64,000 nt of DNA from a virus (Duplodnaviria; Caudoviricetes): positions 1-64,000 of the IMG/VR virus record IMGVR_UViG_3300028833_000108, one strand, 5' to 3'. Of the stretch, positions 27,605-36,906 are shown one piece after another. How positions within the stretch are numbered: the stretch's first letter is position 1; the number at the start of each line of letters is the position of its first letter. Made by a program: the position numbers and the translations under genes. The notes under the pieces were generated by a model, which had not been told where the DNA came from, ran no database searches, and saw nothing but the letters and a program-made list of their open reading frames with translations.

Positions 27605-28585
27605 TTATAGTGCAGGATTTTCGTCATCCTCTACGAACGTACCGTTGATTTGCTGTTCGATGTAAGGGATTGACTTCGCAATCATTTCCAGAGCAGCCTT
27701 TTCATCAACAGCCTGACCACCGCAAGCAAGTCCGTGACCGCCCATAGAAACTGCACCAGGGGTAGTCGATTCAATCTTCTTTGCGAACTTGTCAAAGGAA
27801 ATCTTGTCGTTGTAACCACGGAACATCAAACCGATGTTGTGAGCCTTGTTGTTATTATAGATGTTAATCCAGTAGTTGTACTTCTTGCTATCCTGAATAC
27901 GGAGGCCAACTTCGGTAGAACGCTTGTCACAACGGGTCAACACGCCGCCAGAAGGAAGGTCAGTAAACTGCAGGTTGTTATAGATATCATTAACTTCGTT
28001 TTCAATCTTGTCGAGAACTACGATGTCGTCTTCGGTCAAGTTGGTATGGCCATCCTTGTAGGCTTCAATCCAAGCATCGAAATTGAGCTTGTACTTTTCC
28101 TTGAACAGCATGTTCAGTTTACATGCGTGTTCGAAGCGTTCCATATCAGTTCTAACCCAACGGTCAAACGTGTCGATGTAACCGATGAGTTCTTCGAGGT
28201 AGGAAATGTCCTTGACATCTTGGTAGAAATCATAGGTAAGACGGGCGCCGCAAGCAGACTTGTCGATAATTATTGCATTTGACGGGTCGTTAAGAGCAGA
28301 TGCACTAGCATGGTGGTCAAGAACCATGGTAGGAATGCCAGTTGCACGAACATTGTCCATGAAGGTCGCTGGCGTATAATCGGTAAAGATGATGGCGTTG
28401 TACTGTTCCTTGTTCGGAATGGTGTTGAATGTCAAGAGGTCATTATCCTTTCCGTAGTACATCTTGGCGTACTTTGCGTTAGGAAAGATTGTCTTGATGA
28501 TAAGATGGGAGCCGACTCCATCAAGGTCATAATGCGTGCAGTTGAGCACGTTCATGTTAGGATTTTTGAAGTATTGGATATCCAT
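27605..28585 (-). CDS. DHH/DHHA1 phosphoesterase
   Basis: THYDLDG, IFTD, LDHH and C-terminal GGHGLACG motifs. Confidence 0.88.
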   Translation of the reverse strand: MDIQYFKNPNMNVLNCTHYDLDGVGSHLIIKTIFPNAKYAKMYYGKDNDLLTFNTIPNKEQYNAIIFTDYTPATFMDNVRATGIPTMVLDHHASASALNDPSNAIIIDKSACGARLTYDFYQDVKDISYLEELIGYIDTFDRWVRTDMERFEHACKLNMLFKEKYKLNFDAWIEAYKDGHTNLTEDDIVVLDKIENEVNDIYNNLQFTDLPSGGVLTRCDKRSTEVGLRIQDSKKYNYWINIYNNNKAHNIGLMFRGYNDKISFDKFAKKIESTTPGAVSMGGHGLACGGQAVDEKAALEMIAKSIPYIEQQINGTFVEDDENPAL

Positions 28586-28622
28586 GGTTAGTGTCCTTTT
28601 TTCATAATATAGTTTATTAAAA

Positions 28623-30161
28623 TCAGTTTGTCAAGGTCTTGTCAGCAACGAAAGTATCACCAATTAAGGCCTCCATTTGTTCCTGTTCGGTAAAGGTAGG
28701 AATCTGCAGTTCCTTCAATGCGTCATCGAAGATTTGTTTTGCGCGAGATGCATACTCGGCGGCAACAATGATACTATCGTGGACTGTGCAGACAGGGCAG
28801 TGCAACTCGTCCTTGATTCTGCGGTAGACAACGCTGAAAATAAGGTGGCTTTCGGTTCGTTGCAACTCGTGGGCCAACTCGGAGTAGTGTCCACGCTTGA
28901 TAATCTGGATTGCCTTGTACAGGTTCGGAAACTTTTCCTGCCAGAGTTTCTGAATGGCTTCAACCAACTTGTGCTTCTTCCTCGAATAGAACCTTCCGCA
29001 GAACAGACAGGTAAGGAACTCCTTCTTAACCTTGTTACGGTCTACGTTTACATGTAAAGTTTTGTTTACATAGTCGAGGAAGTATTCGTAAAGATGTCCT
29101 GAAACAAGTAGAGTTCTGTATGCTTCCAACTCACTGAGGAAATCCTGTATGCAATCCCACTTGTCGTCATCAGTCCAGTATGGTTCTGTGATTCCACCTG
29201 TATAGGAAATCACAATATGTTCTCGGTCATCAAAATTAGATATATATCGGTCAAGCACACGGTACAAGAAAGCACCCTGAGAGCTCTTGATGTCAATTTC
29301 GACCGTCTTCTTGCCGTCACAGGTTATACAGTTCTTTCGGATTTCCTTTTTCATCTGGGTTATGTTCGTGTGAACACGCCCGTACGCATCACGTTTACAG
29401 TAAAGAGCGTATTTATCAGTAGCAAAACTGTTGAAGAGCTTGACTTTGTTCATTTCAGAGGTCATTCTGTCCGCAGAAATTGCTCCTGACGATACCATTT
29501 CACCTAAAATATCGTAACTTTTCTCTTCGTCTACGCTGAAATGGGTCAAGTCCTCGTAAAGTTCCCTGATTTCCGGCAATTTCATCTGCTCACAATGGAC
29601 TTCTTCGGCCCTTGCGGCAAGTTTTCGGTAAAGGAATGGGTTGGTAGCCATGATGACATGGACTCCGCCATGTCTTTTTTCGATATCACCCGCTTCTTCC
29701 TGAGCTCTCGTGTGTAAATATCGCTGAACATAGGTCAAAAACGGCTTTGTAAACCAGTAATGCTTGCATTTTCCTGGTATATCCTTGCTTCCCTTGATGT
29801 ACGAGCGGCTTCTGCCGATGATACCCCACTCTTCTAGGATGTGGACGTACTCCAAGTAGTTGGAACCGAGGATTCTATCGTAGATTTTCGAGTAGATTGG
29901 GACTGCCCACTTGTCGATATCGATTTTCCAATGGTGTTTCAACGCAAGGTTGAACGCAATTTGGTAGCGTCTGTAGACGGTGTTGACGATATAGACCAGA
30001 TATTCGAAATTTTTCTTATGCACTCCACCCAAACTCTCCGATTTTTCAACCATGGCTTCGAAAATGCGGTTTGGAACCAGCATCTTATCGAAGGAATAGT
30101 GGCTGTCTGACTCAGAAAAGTGGTCTAAAATACGTAAAGAAAGTGCAAAATTCGAACTCAT
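28623..30161 (-). CDS. family-A-related minimal polymerase (TV-Pol-like primase/polymerase) with N-terminal HTH-like region
   Basis: YGRVHT, motif A VEIDIKSSQ, motif B RNKVKKEF, LQRTES, motif C TVHDSII; no exonuclease domains. Confidence 0.7.
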   Translation of the reverse strand: MSSNFALSLRILDHFSESDSHYSFDKMLVPNRIFEAMVEKSESLGGVHKKNFEYLVYIVNTVYRRYQIAFNLALKHHWKIDIDKWAVPIYSKIYDRILGSNYLEYVHILEEWGIIGRSRSYIKGSKDIPGKCKHYWFTKPFLTYVQRYLHTRAQEEAGDIEKRHGGVHVIMATNPFLYRKLAARAEEVHCEQMKLPEIRELYEDLTHFSVDEEKSYDILGEMVSSGAISADRMTSEMNKVKLFNSFATDKYALYCKRDAYGRVHTNITQMKKEIRKNCITCDGKKTVEIDIKSSQGAFLYRVLDRYISNFDDREHIVISYTGGITEPYWTDDDKWDCIQDFLSELEAYRTLLVSGHLYEYFLDYVNKTLHVNVDRNKVKKEFLTCLFCGRFYSRKKHKLVEAIQKLWQEKFPNLYKAIQIIKRGHYSELAHELQRTESHLIFSVVYRRIKDELHCPVCTVHDSIIVAAEYASRAKQIFDDALKELQIPTFTEQEQMEALIGDTFVADKTLTN

Positions 30162-30168
30162 CGGCGAT

Positions 30169-30197
30169 AATATACAATAAAATTCCTACTTCAGCAA
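30169..30197 (-). promoter_or_regulatory. sigma70-type promoter TTGCTG-N17-TATATT (apparently leaderless)
   Basis: 17-nt spacer; ATG 7 nt after the -10 box. Confidence 0.6.
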
Positions 30198-30212
30198 GGC
30201 CCATACAATGAC

Positions 30213-30347
30213 TTAACCAGTGAAACAACCCAACTTCACCCGGTTAACACTATATGTTCTCACTTTTTACTTTAAAATATAAACTTAGGGTGAAAAAAAG
30301 ATATTTTAGTTAAGAAATCGTCAATTTTTTTCTCAACCCTAGTTTAT
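30213..30347. repeat. two imperfect inverted repeats in an AT-rich intergenic region
   Basis: TTAACCAGTGAA/TTCACCCGGTTAA (30213-30247) and ATAAACTTAGGGTGAAAAAAA/TTTTTTTCTCAACCCTAGTTTAT (30279-30347). Confidence 0.65.
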
Positions 30348-30357
30348 CCAATAGATT

Positions 30358-32106
30358 ATGAAAGTTTATTTTGACTTCCTTAAAGACAATTCATCGGTAG
30401 TCACCGTTTATGATGGTCAGCAAACTGAAATAAATCGAGTTTACTCATTTTTGAATTCCGCCATCAAGTACGAGGACAAGCAGGCTACATATACAGAAAA
30501 ATACAAGAACGGCTACGGCAAGGAGTATGTCAATTTCTACGACAAGGATGAACGGACTGTGCCTATCGGTCTAATCGCTAGGGTTTGCGGCTTGTTGAAG
30601 GGAAGGTTCCCAGGCATCCAGATTGGGTTGTCTCCTAGGATTGACTCGATGTTCAGGCCGAAGAGGGTTCTGACCAAGCAGGAAATCATCGACTATGCCG
30701 AGACGTTGAACATCCACGACCGCAAGGAGGGGTTCAAGCTCACCCTTCGTGACCATCAAGTTGAACTAATCTATCAGGCAATGCTGCATCGCCGTGGTTC
30801 GTTCAAGGCATGCACCGCTTCTGGAAAGTCGTTGGCGGTATATGTCATGGCCCGTTACATGACCGAGGTTGAGCACAAGAAGATTGCCGTCGTCGTTCCG
30901 AACTCTGGTCTCGTTGTCCAGTTGATGCAGAACTTTCATGATGACTACTCATGGGACGAGGCGCCAGATAACTGCACCCTGATATACGGCGACTCCAAGG
31001 ACAAACTGACTGCAGCCCAGAAGAGGAAACTTGCCGAGTTGAAACTTGGCGAGGAAGTCATGTTGAAGCCTATTGTCATCACGACATGGCAGAGCTTGCA
31101 GAAAAAGGAACCTTCCTTTTTCAAGCGGTTCGATGCGGTAATTGTGGACGAATGTCAAGGATGTCGTGGGCCAGTGCTTCGTCAAATCCTCGACTACTGC
31201 ACGTCTGCTGAGAACTTCAAGATAGGCGTGTCTGGCACAATTCCCGATGACGGTCTTGATGCTGGTTACATCGAATCGTCTCTTGGCAAGAAGTATGAAA
31301 TAGTGAGTCTGTGGCAGCTTGTTGAAAAGGGCCTTATCACTCCTGTCAAGGTTGTCGCCCTTTATGTTCCGTATCCGTTGGATTGCAGGACTACCATCTG
31401 CTACTCGAAGTTTGACGAGGAGTATTCAATCGTGACGGGTAATCGCAGCCGCTTCGATATTCTCGACATGCTCATTAACAACAAGAAGATAACGACTGAA
31501 CAGAATACGGTAATCCTGTTCCGCAACATCGACCCGTTGGAACGTGTTGCCGCTTACTTGCAAGAACATCATCCAGAATTCAAGTACAGTATCATCAAGG
31601 GTGAGGTCAAGGCTAATGAACGTGACCGTATCAGGTTGGAGATGGATGCATCGTATGGAAACATCCTTCTTGGCACATACGGATGTTTGCAGGCTGGCAT
31701 GAACGTCAAGAAGTTGAACAACCTCGTCTTTGGAGACCCAGGCAAGTCGATGTACATGATTATGCAGTCTATTGGCCGTATTGTCCGTAAGTGCGAAGGA
31801 AAGGAAATCGCTACTTGTTACGATATCGTCGATGATGCTTCGTACATGGTTCATGGCCGTACGCTCGGTGACCACATCAACGAGAACTGCATGGTGAGAC
31901 ATTTCCGTGAAAGGGTGAAATACTACGATGCCGACAAGATTCCTGTCCAGACAGTTGACCTTACTGGTATAGTCGAGGCCGATGTCAAGCTTGATGATAT
32001 CAAGCAGAAGAGAAAGGAAAAGGCTGAAAAACGGGCAAAGGAATTGGAGAAAAAGAAAAAGAAGGCCGCAAATGGCCTTCTCAAAAACTACCGCAGGCAG
32101 TTCTAG
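30358..32106 (+). CDS. uvsW: UvsW-like SF2 DNA helicase
   Basis: LRDHQ, TASGKS, ITTWQSL, VDECQ, GVSGT, GMNVKKL and QSIGRIVR..CYDIVDD motifs. Confidence 0.9.
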   Translation: MKVYFDFLKDNSSVVTVYDGQQTEINRVYSFLNSAIKYEDKQATYTEKYKNGYGKEYVNFYDKDERTVPIGLIARVCGLLKGRFPGIQIGLSPRIDSMFRPKRVLTKQEIIDYAETLNIHDRKEGFKLTLRDHQVELIYQAMLHRRGSFKACTASGKSLAVYVMARYMTEVEHKKIAVVVPNSGLVVQLMQNFHDDYSWDEAPDNCTLIYGDSKDKLTAAQKRKLAELKLGEEVMLKPIVITTWQSLQKKEPSFFKRFDAVIVDECQGCRGPVLRQILDYCTSAENFKIGVSGTIPDDGLDAGYIESSLGKKYEIVSLWQLVEKGLITPVKVVALYVPYPLDCRTTICYSKFDEEYSIVTGNRSRFDILDMLINNKKITTEQNTVILFRNIDPLERVAAYLQEHHPEFKYSIIKGEVKANERDRIRLEMDASYGNILLGTYGCLQAGMNVKKLNNLVFGDPGKSMYMIMQSIGRIVRKCEGKEIATCYDIVDDASYMVHGRTLGDHINENCMVRHFRERVKYYDADKIPVQTVDLTGIVEADVKLDDIKQKRKEKAEKRAKELEKKKKKAANGLLKNYRRQF

Positions 32107-35100
32107 TCCATTGGTAAGTATTTATCAAGGAGAGCTTCTCGTCTTCGCTTCGCTTTGAGGTCGAAGTCGTTCTCCTGTTGGCTCGTGATATTGTTCATCA
32201 ACCTTTCTATCGACATGTGCGAAGTTGCACCTGTTGTCAGCCTAGTTAGTCCTGGGTTGTTTCTACGGAGTGCAATAACCAAGTTCAACATATTTGTGTT
32301 GTTGAAGAGTATGTTTAGTCTCCGATTAATTTTTGTCAGAAGCTCACGGCATTTTGGGTTGTCCTTTATGGAGAGACTTCCAATAGTTGCCTTGATATAA
32401 TCTTCCATTTCGTTTATGTTTGTAAGGCTGTCTACATCTCGTGCTGTATATTCCTCAGGGTCTTGCAGTCCATAATGTACCCTGAGCATATATATCGCCT
32501 CGAACAGGATGTTGATGAGATATGCGTTCAGCATGAATTGCGGTTGGCAGCCATCTCCGTTTTCTGTGTATGCCTTTCCTGATGGAGAACTTCCCTTTGC
32601 CATCGTGTCCATGTCATTGGCTGTTACGTGGTCTATTGGGCTGAAAACGTCTGTAATAGCCGTATCGTTACTACATAGGTTCAATGCCTTGTTGTAAAGC
32701 ACTATTATAGATTCAGAGAGAACGACTATGTTGCTAAGTTCAATCTTATTGATATTTTCTGCGGCGTTTCCTTGGGATGAACGTTTCACTCCATCGAAAA
32801 TCTCGTTGATGATTGCTGTTTTGCGTCCACTATTGCCACTCCTATTTACCTTTTGAATAAGAGTATTCTGAACATCTGTAGTGAGCAGGTGGTTTTCCGC
32901 TAAGGTTTGCCTTATAGCCTTGCGTGCATTATCTGCTATTTCATCGTATTGTTCTCTGATATAGTTTAGATAGTACATCTGCGAGAAGTTGTCGAATGCT
33001 TCCGCTGAATTGTCCGTAGCGTAACTCTGCATGTGTATATCGGCTCTTTGCAGTCCTTCTTTGCTCACATCAGGAGGCACTACATCAGACAGTGTATCGA
33101 TGTGATACTGCTTTTTTATGAGGTCGATAATATAGTTGATATCGTTCAACTTGAACACATATGGTCTAATTTTACCTTGCAGATGTTCAATCACCGAAAC
33201 AAGTTTGCTAATGTCGTAGGCGGCGCTCTTTTCCTTACGTTTATCTTCTATTGGAGTAAACTTGTTTGCAGCCAGTTCCTCATCACTCATACGAACCCAG
33301 CCGTTTATCCTGTATATATAGGAACAGTTGCGTAGAGCATCGGATAGCATAGAGTTATTGTCTGGAACTTTATCCCAATCCATTCCGTTGATGATGTTTC
33401 TGGTAGTTTCAGTGTCAGTTTCAAGACGGCATACGTTGTTGTCTTCCGTTAGCAGTCCGCTGTTCGTCAAAAAGTCAAGTGCAGATTTTACTGGGTCTGA
33501 ACCAGTGAGTGTCATCGAGCTGATGTATTCGCCTACCTTTGCGTGCGCCGCCATCAACTCTACGATTCCAGGCAATGTGTTCAGAATGTATGTCTTGCCA
33601 TATTTGGTGATGATTATATTCTTGTACTGTGCACTGGTGTAAGTACGGTTGTATTTGTCTGCGTTCTTTTGGTTCAATACGCTTTGCGGGTCCATTTTGG
33701 CCATACGTGATAGTTCACTCAGTATGGTAGCAAATGCCTTTACATGAGTATCTCGTTCAGATGACATTCTACGTTCGTAGTCACGTTCGTATAGGAACCT
33801 ATCCTTTAGTTTACTAAGGGATTGAGCATTGTCTTTAATTGCAGGATACTCCTGTTTTATGTCGCCTGTCGTAAGGAAGTCCACTAATCCTTCGAGGTTT
33901 GCGTATGATGTGTTGAATAGCTCGTTTAGTAGTATACGGTTTAGTTCGTATATCATCGACTTAACGCCTGTTGTCGGCGTAAGCTTGTCAGGGACATCGC
34001 TTGGATGCCCGTTGATTGTTGCCAGCATTTTTGCTAGCATGAGCTTTTTGCTCTTACCGACAGAAATTTCGGTTGTTGTATCCGAATTGTCGTCATCTTC
34101 CTCGTATTGCTGCTCTCCTGTATAGTTGTCGATGACGCTGGACCCTTCGTCGCCGCTCTTCATTTTCGCACCACCCAGTTCGGATGCGTTTGATACCTTT
34201 TCTTTAATTATTCCGACAGTAACGAAGTATTCTGGGAAAAGAGCATGATATTGCTCCTCGGTAAGAATAACTTTTCGTTTATCCCTATACATGCCACGAT
34301 TGACTGGTGGGAGAGACTCTACTTTCAGAAGATTGTCCAGTACGGAAATGAATAGCTCGTACCTATCGCTTTCGTCATTTACAGCGGTGTCCTGTCTCAT
34401 CAAAGACATCTCGATAACTTTTGCTGGTCCTTCACTACCATCAAGCGTGCCATTTTTCGTGTATTTCATCGTGCCCGCAAATCGTGCCTTCGAAGCTTCC
34501 TTGAAGAACTCGTATATCGAGGGTGCTGACTGCACTCGTGTCTTGATGTTTTCTTCAGTCTCGTCACGTATATCATCGAATGCCGATGATGTCTCCGTGC
34601 TCTCATCTTTCTTTTTGATTACGAAATCTATTCCGTTTTCAAGGGACAGTGGACTGAGCGAGTTGCGAAAATTCTTTGCGATGTACGTGAAAAGGCCATT
34701 CATGTCCTTCTGTGTGAAGTGTGCGTTAGACATACGCTTCGCATACGGTTCGAGAATAGTTTCGATGTCCGACATGTCTTTCGTATTGGCGAACATACTC
34801 GATTCTGGATACCTTGTATGAAGAGCATCTTCTATTTCACTGATGTCAGGTCGCTTATTGAGGGTGACAAGTCTGTAGAACGCTGGATTCGCCATGTTCT
34901 TGACAGTAAACATTGACACGAAATGTCCGGCCAGGCCGTCCTTAGCGTCAGTTATGTCATCGACGAATACCCTCTCCATCATGTCCACCAACACATTGTT
35001 GATGTTCTTTCCCATATACAGCTCCATGAAGCTTACGGGGCTGTAAGGGAGTACGTTAAACTTGGCTTTCTCGTTGCTTGGGTTGGTCAATGCATCTATG

Positions 35101-35306
35101 TCAATCAAGGTAGAGACCCTATCGATGACCTTTTCGACGTTAATCGTCTGCTGGTCCTTGATTTTGTTATTGATTAGCGCTTCTAGGATGGTCTTTATGT
35201 TCTTTTCGGTATACAACTCGTGCAAGAAACCGTTGTTGAGCGATTGTCCCAGCACTGCGTGAATATAGTAAATTAAAGCATATTCCTTTTGAAGCGTTGT
35301 AATCAT
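32103..35306 (-). CDS. large helical late protein of unknown function (~1067 aa)
   Basis: Long ORF, probable start ATG 35306; late promoter at 35329-35337. Confidence 0.8.
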   Translation of the reverse strand: MITTLQKEYALIYYIHAVLGQSLNNGFLHELYTEKNIKTILEALINNKIKDQQTINVEKVIDRVSTLIDIDALTNPSNEKAKFNVLPYSPVSFMELYMGKNINNVLVDMMERVFVDDITDAKDGLAGHFVSMFTVKNMANPAFYRLVTLNKRPDISEIEDALHTRYPESSMFANTKDMSDIETILEPYAKRMSNAHFTQKDMNGLFTYIAKNFRNSLSPLSLENGIDFVIKKKDESTETSSAFDDIRDETEENIKTRVQSAPSIYEFFKEASKARFAGTMKYTKNGTLDGSEGPAKVIEMSLMRQDTAVNDESDRYELFISVLDNLLKVESLPPVNRGMYRDKRKVILTEEQYHALFPEYFVTVGIIKEKVSNASELGGAKMKSGDEGSSVIDNYTGEQQYEEDDDNSDTTTEISVGKSKKLMLAKMLATINGHPSDVPDKLTPTTGVKSMIYELNRILLNELFNTSYANLEGLVDFLTTGDIKQEYPAIKDNAQSLSKLKDRFLYERDYERRMSSERDTHVKAFATILSELSRMAKMDPQSVLNQKNADKYNRTYTSAQYKNIIITKYGKTYILNTLPGIVELMAAHAKVGEYISSMTLTGSDPVKSALDFLTNSGLLTEDNNVCRLETDTETTRNIINGMDWDKVPDNNSMLSDALRNCSYIYRINGWVRMSDEELAANKFTPIEDKRKEKSAAYDISKLVSVIEHLQGKIRPYVFKLNDINYIIDLIKKQYHIDTLSDVVPPDVSKEGLQRADIHMQSYATDNSAEAFDNFSQMYYLNYIREQYDEIADNARKAIRQTLAENHLLTTDVQNTLIQKVNRSGNSGRKTAIINEIFDGVKRSSQGNAAENINKIELSNIVVLSESIIVLYNKALNLCSNDTAITDVFSPIDHVTANDMDTMAKGSSPSGKAYTENGDGCQPQFMLNAYLINILFEAIYMLRVHYGLQDPEEYTARDVDSLTNINEMEDYIKATIGSLSIKDNPKCRELLTKINRRLNILFNNTNMLNLVIALRRNNPGLTRLTTGATSHMSIERLMNNITSQQENDFDLKAKRRREALLDKYLPMD

Positions 35307-35328
35307 GGAGCGTCCTTTCAATTAACAA

Positions 35329-35337
35329 TAGTTTATA
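35329..35337 (-). promoter_or_regulatory. late promoter TATAAACTA
   Basis: Exact motif, intergenic. Confidence 0.75.
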
Positions 35338-35347
35338 CATTTTGGGG

Positions 35348-35376
35348 TTGCAAAAACGCTAGTAAAAGACTATATT
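35348..35376 (+). promoter_or_regulatory. sigma70-type promoter TTGCAA-N17-TATATT (rnh)
   Basis: Consensus boxes. Confidence 0.65.
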
Positions 35377-35396
35377 GTAAAATTAGGAGTAAAATT

Positions 35397-36812
35397 ATGA
35401 TTAACACCCCTGCTACTTACAAGTATGATACAAACAGGCTCATGGTGATAGACTGGTCGTCGATAGCCCACCAGAACATCCATTCAATCCAGGCTTCTTA
35501 TAAGGCGGGTGACGATTATGGCATCCAGACCAAGGAAGACGAGCTCCGCCTGTGGCGTAACAAGATGGTGACATCGATGAACGATTTAATCCAACGGTTC
35601 AATCCCTTGGATATCATCATTGCCGTTGACGGAAAGTCTTGGAGGAACGATTTCGTCAAGGACTATTACGGGAAGCATACAATCGTGTACCACGATGACA
35701 CCTACATCTACACGGAAACGGAAAACTATGCCTACCGTATCGGAAAGCCTGACAAGAAGAAGGATGAATACACCGTGGAACGAATTGCGGTGAAGGACTA
35801 TCCGACGTTCCGTGGAAAGGACCATGTCCTTCTGAATGAACTTTCTCAGGCCAAGCAGGATTTGCTATGGGGCTTGTACGAGGTTAGCACAAAGTCCAAG
35901 AACGAAAACAAGACTCCTATCATCCCTAGCTACAAGGGAAAGCGTAAGTTTAGTGAATGGACTGCAAAGACTCCGAAAGACGAGTGGCAGAAGTACAAAG
36001 ACAAGTTTGCATTTGAGCTTGCCAAGTATTACCGTGCCCTTCCTATCCAGCTTGATGGGGCTGAAGGTGACGATGTTATTTACAGTTCCATCAAGGCGTT
36101 GCAGGATAGGTATAGCAGCATAGTTGTTGTTACCCGTGACAGCGATATGATGCAGATTGATTGCAGCAAGGCAGTGTTCTATGACCATCTTGCCGCCAAG
36201 TTCCTCTCATGCGAGTCCCCGTCTGAATATCTGATACAGAAAATCGTATCGGGTGATAGCAGTGACAACATCCACGGCATGAGTTTGCCTAACCCCAAGA
36301 CCCCTGGTCTTCCGAAGGCTACCTGTGTTGGTAAGGATGGCGCTCCCAAGTTTGTCAAGGCTTGCGGCGATGTGTATGAAACGGCAAAGAGAGAGGGTTG
36401 GGTTGACCAGTATATCAGGAACAAGACGCTGATTGACCTTAGTTGCACTCCCGACAATATCAAGAATGCGATTACCGAAGCATGCGGCAATGTTTGCAAC
36501 GGTGAATACGCTCCTGCTGAAAACATGGAACACATCGGCATCACGAAGGCTCAGCTTGATTTAATCAAGAATATGCGTGACCGTGGGTTCTACGCTTTCC
36601 ATCCTAGGAGCAAAGCGGATTGGTGCAACACGGCTTTTGCTTCGGAAAGGAATTACCAGTCTAACAAGATTGAACGTATTAAGGAAGACATGGAATCGCC
36701 TATTTCGGCTGCCCCTGTTCCGACTGCTGTTGGAACTGCGGCACAGCCTGAACCAGACTATAACGTAGGCAATGTATTTGATAGTCCATTCGGTGATGAC
36801 CCTCCGTTTTAG
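35397..36812 (+). CDS. rnh: RNase H / 5'-3' exonuclease (T4 rnh, FEN-like)
   Basis: VIDWS, IIAVDGKSWR, YKGKR, AEGDDVI, TRDSDMMQ, GDSSDNI and RNKTLIDL motifs; start ATG 35397 with an AGGAG SD. Confidence 0.9.
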   Translation: MINTPATYKYDTNRLMVIDWSSIAHQNIHSIQASYKAGDDYGIQTKEDELRLWRNKMVTSMNDLIQRFNPLDIIIAVDGKSWRNDFVKDYYGKHTIVYHDDTYIYTETENYAYRIGKPDKKKDEYTVERIAVKDYPTFRGKDHVLLNELSQAKQDLLWGLYEVSTKSKNENKTPIIPSYKGKRKFSEWTAKTPKDEWQKYKDKFAFELAKYYRALPIQLDGAEGDDVIYSSIKALQDRYSSIVVVTRDSDMMQIDCSKAVFYDHLAAKFLSCESPSEYLIQKIVSGDSSDNIHGMSLPNPKTPGLPKATCVGKDGAPKFVKACGDVYETAKREGWVDQYIRNKTLIDLSCTPDNIKNAITEACGNVCNGEYAPAENMEHIGITKAQLDLIKNMRDRGFYAFHPRSKADWCNTAFASERNYQSNKIERIKEDMESPISAAPVPTAVGTAAQPEPDYNVGNVFDSPFGDDPPF

Positions 36813-36831
36813 TGTTCTATGGACTATTCAG

Positions 36832-36866
36832 GGTGTCGGGAGACTTTCTCCCGACACTTTTGTTTT
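36832..36866 (+). terminator. rho-independent terminator
   Basis: GTGTCGGGAGA-CTT-TCTCCCGACAC-TTT. Confidence 0.85.
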
Positions 36867-36906
36867 TAAAAATGTAATTTAATGTTGAATATTGAGGGAT
36901 ATTATT

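Noticed and set aside
32103-35321. Possible virion RNA polymerase
   Set aside because: No DxDGD or T7-like motif A/B/C found in the translation
35289-35396. ORF-track N-terminal extension of RNase H (similarly at 11443, 45768, 55124 and 2114)
   Set aside because: These extensions run through promoter sequences or the upstream gene; downstream ATGs with SD sites are the better starts
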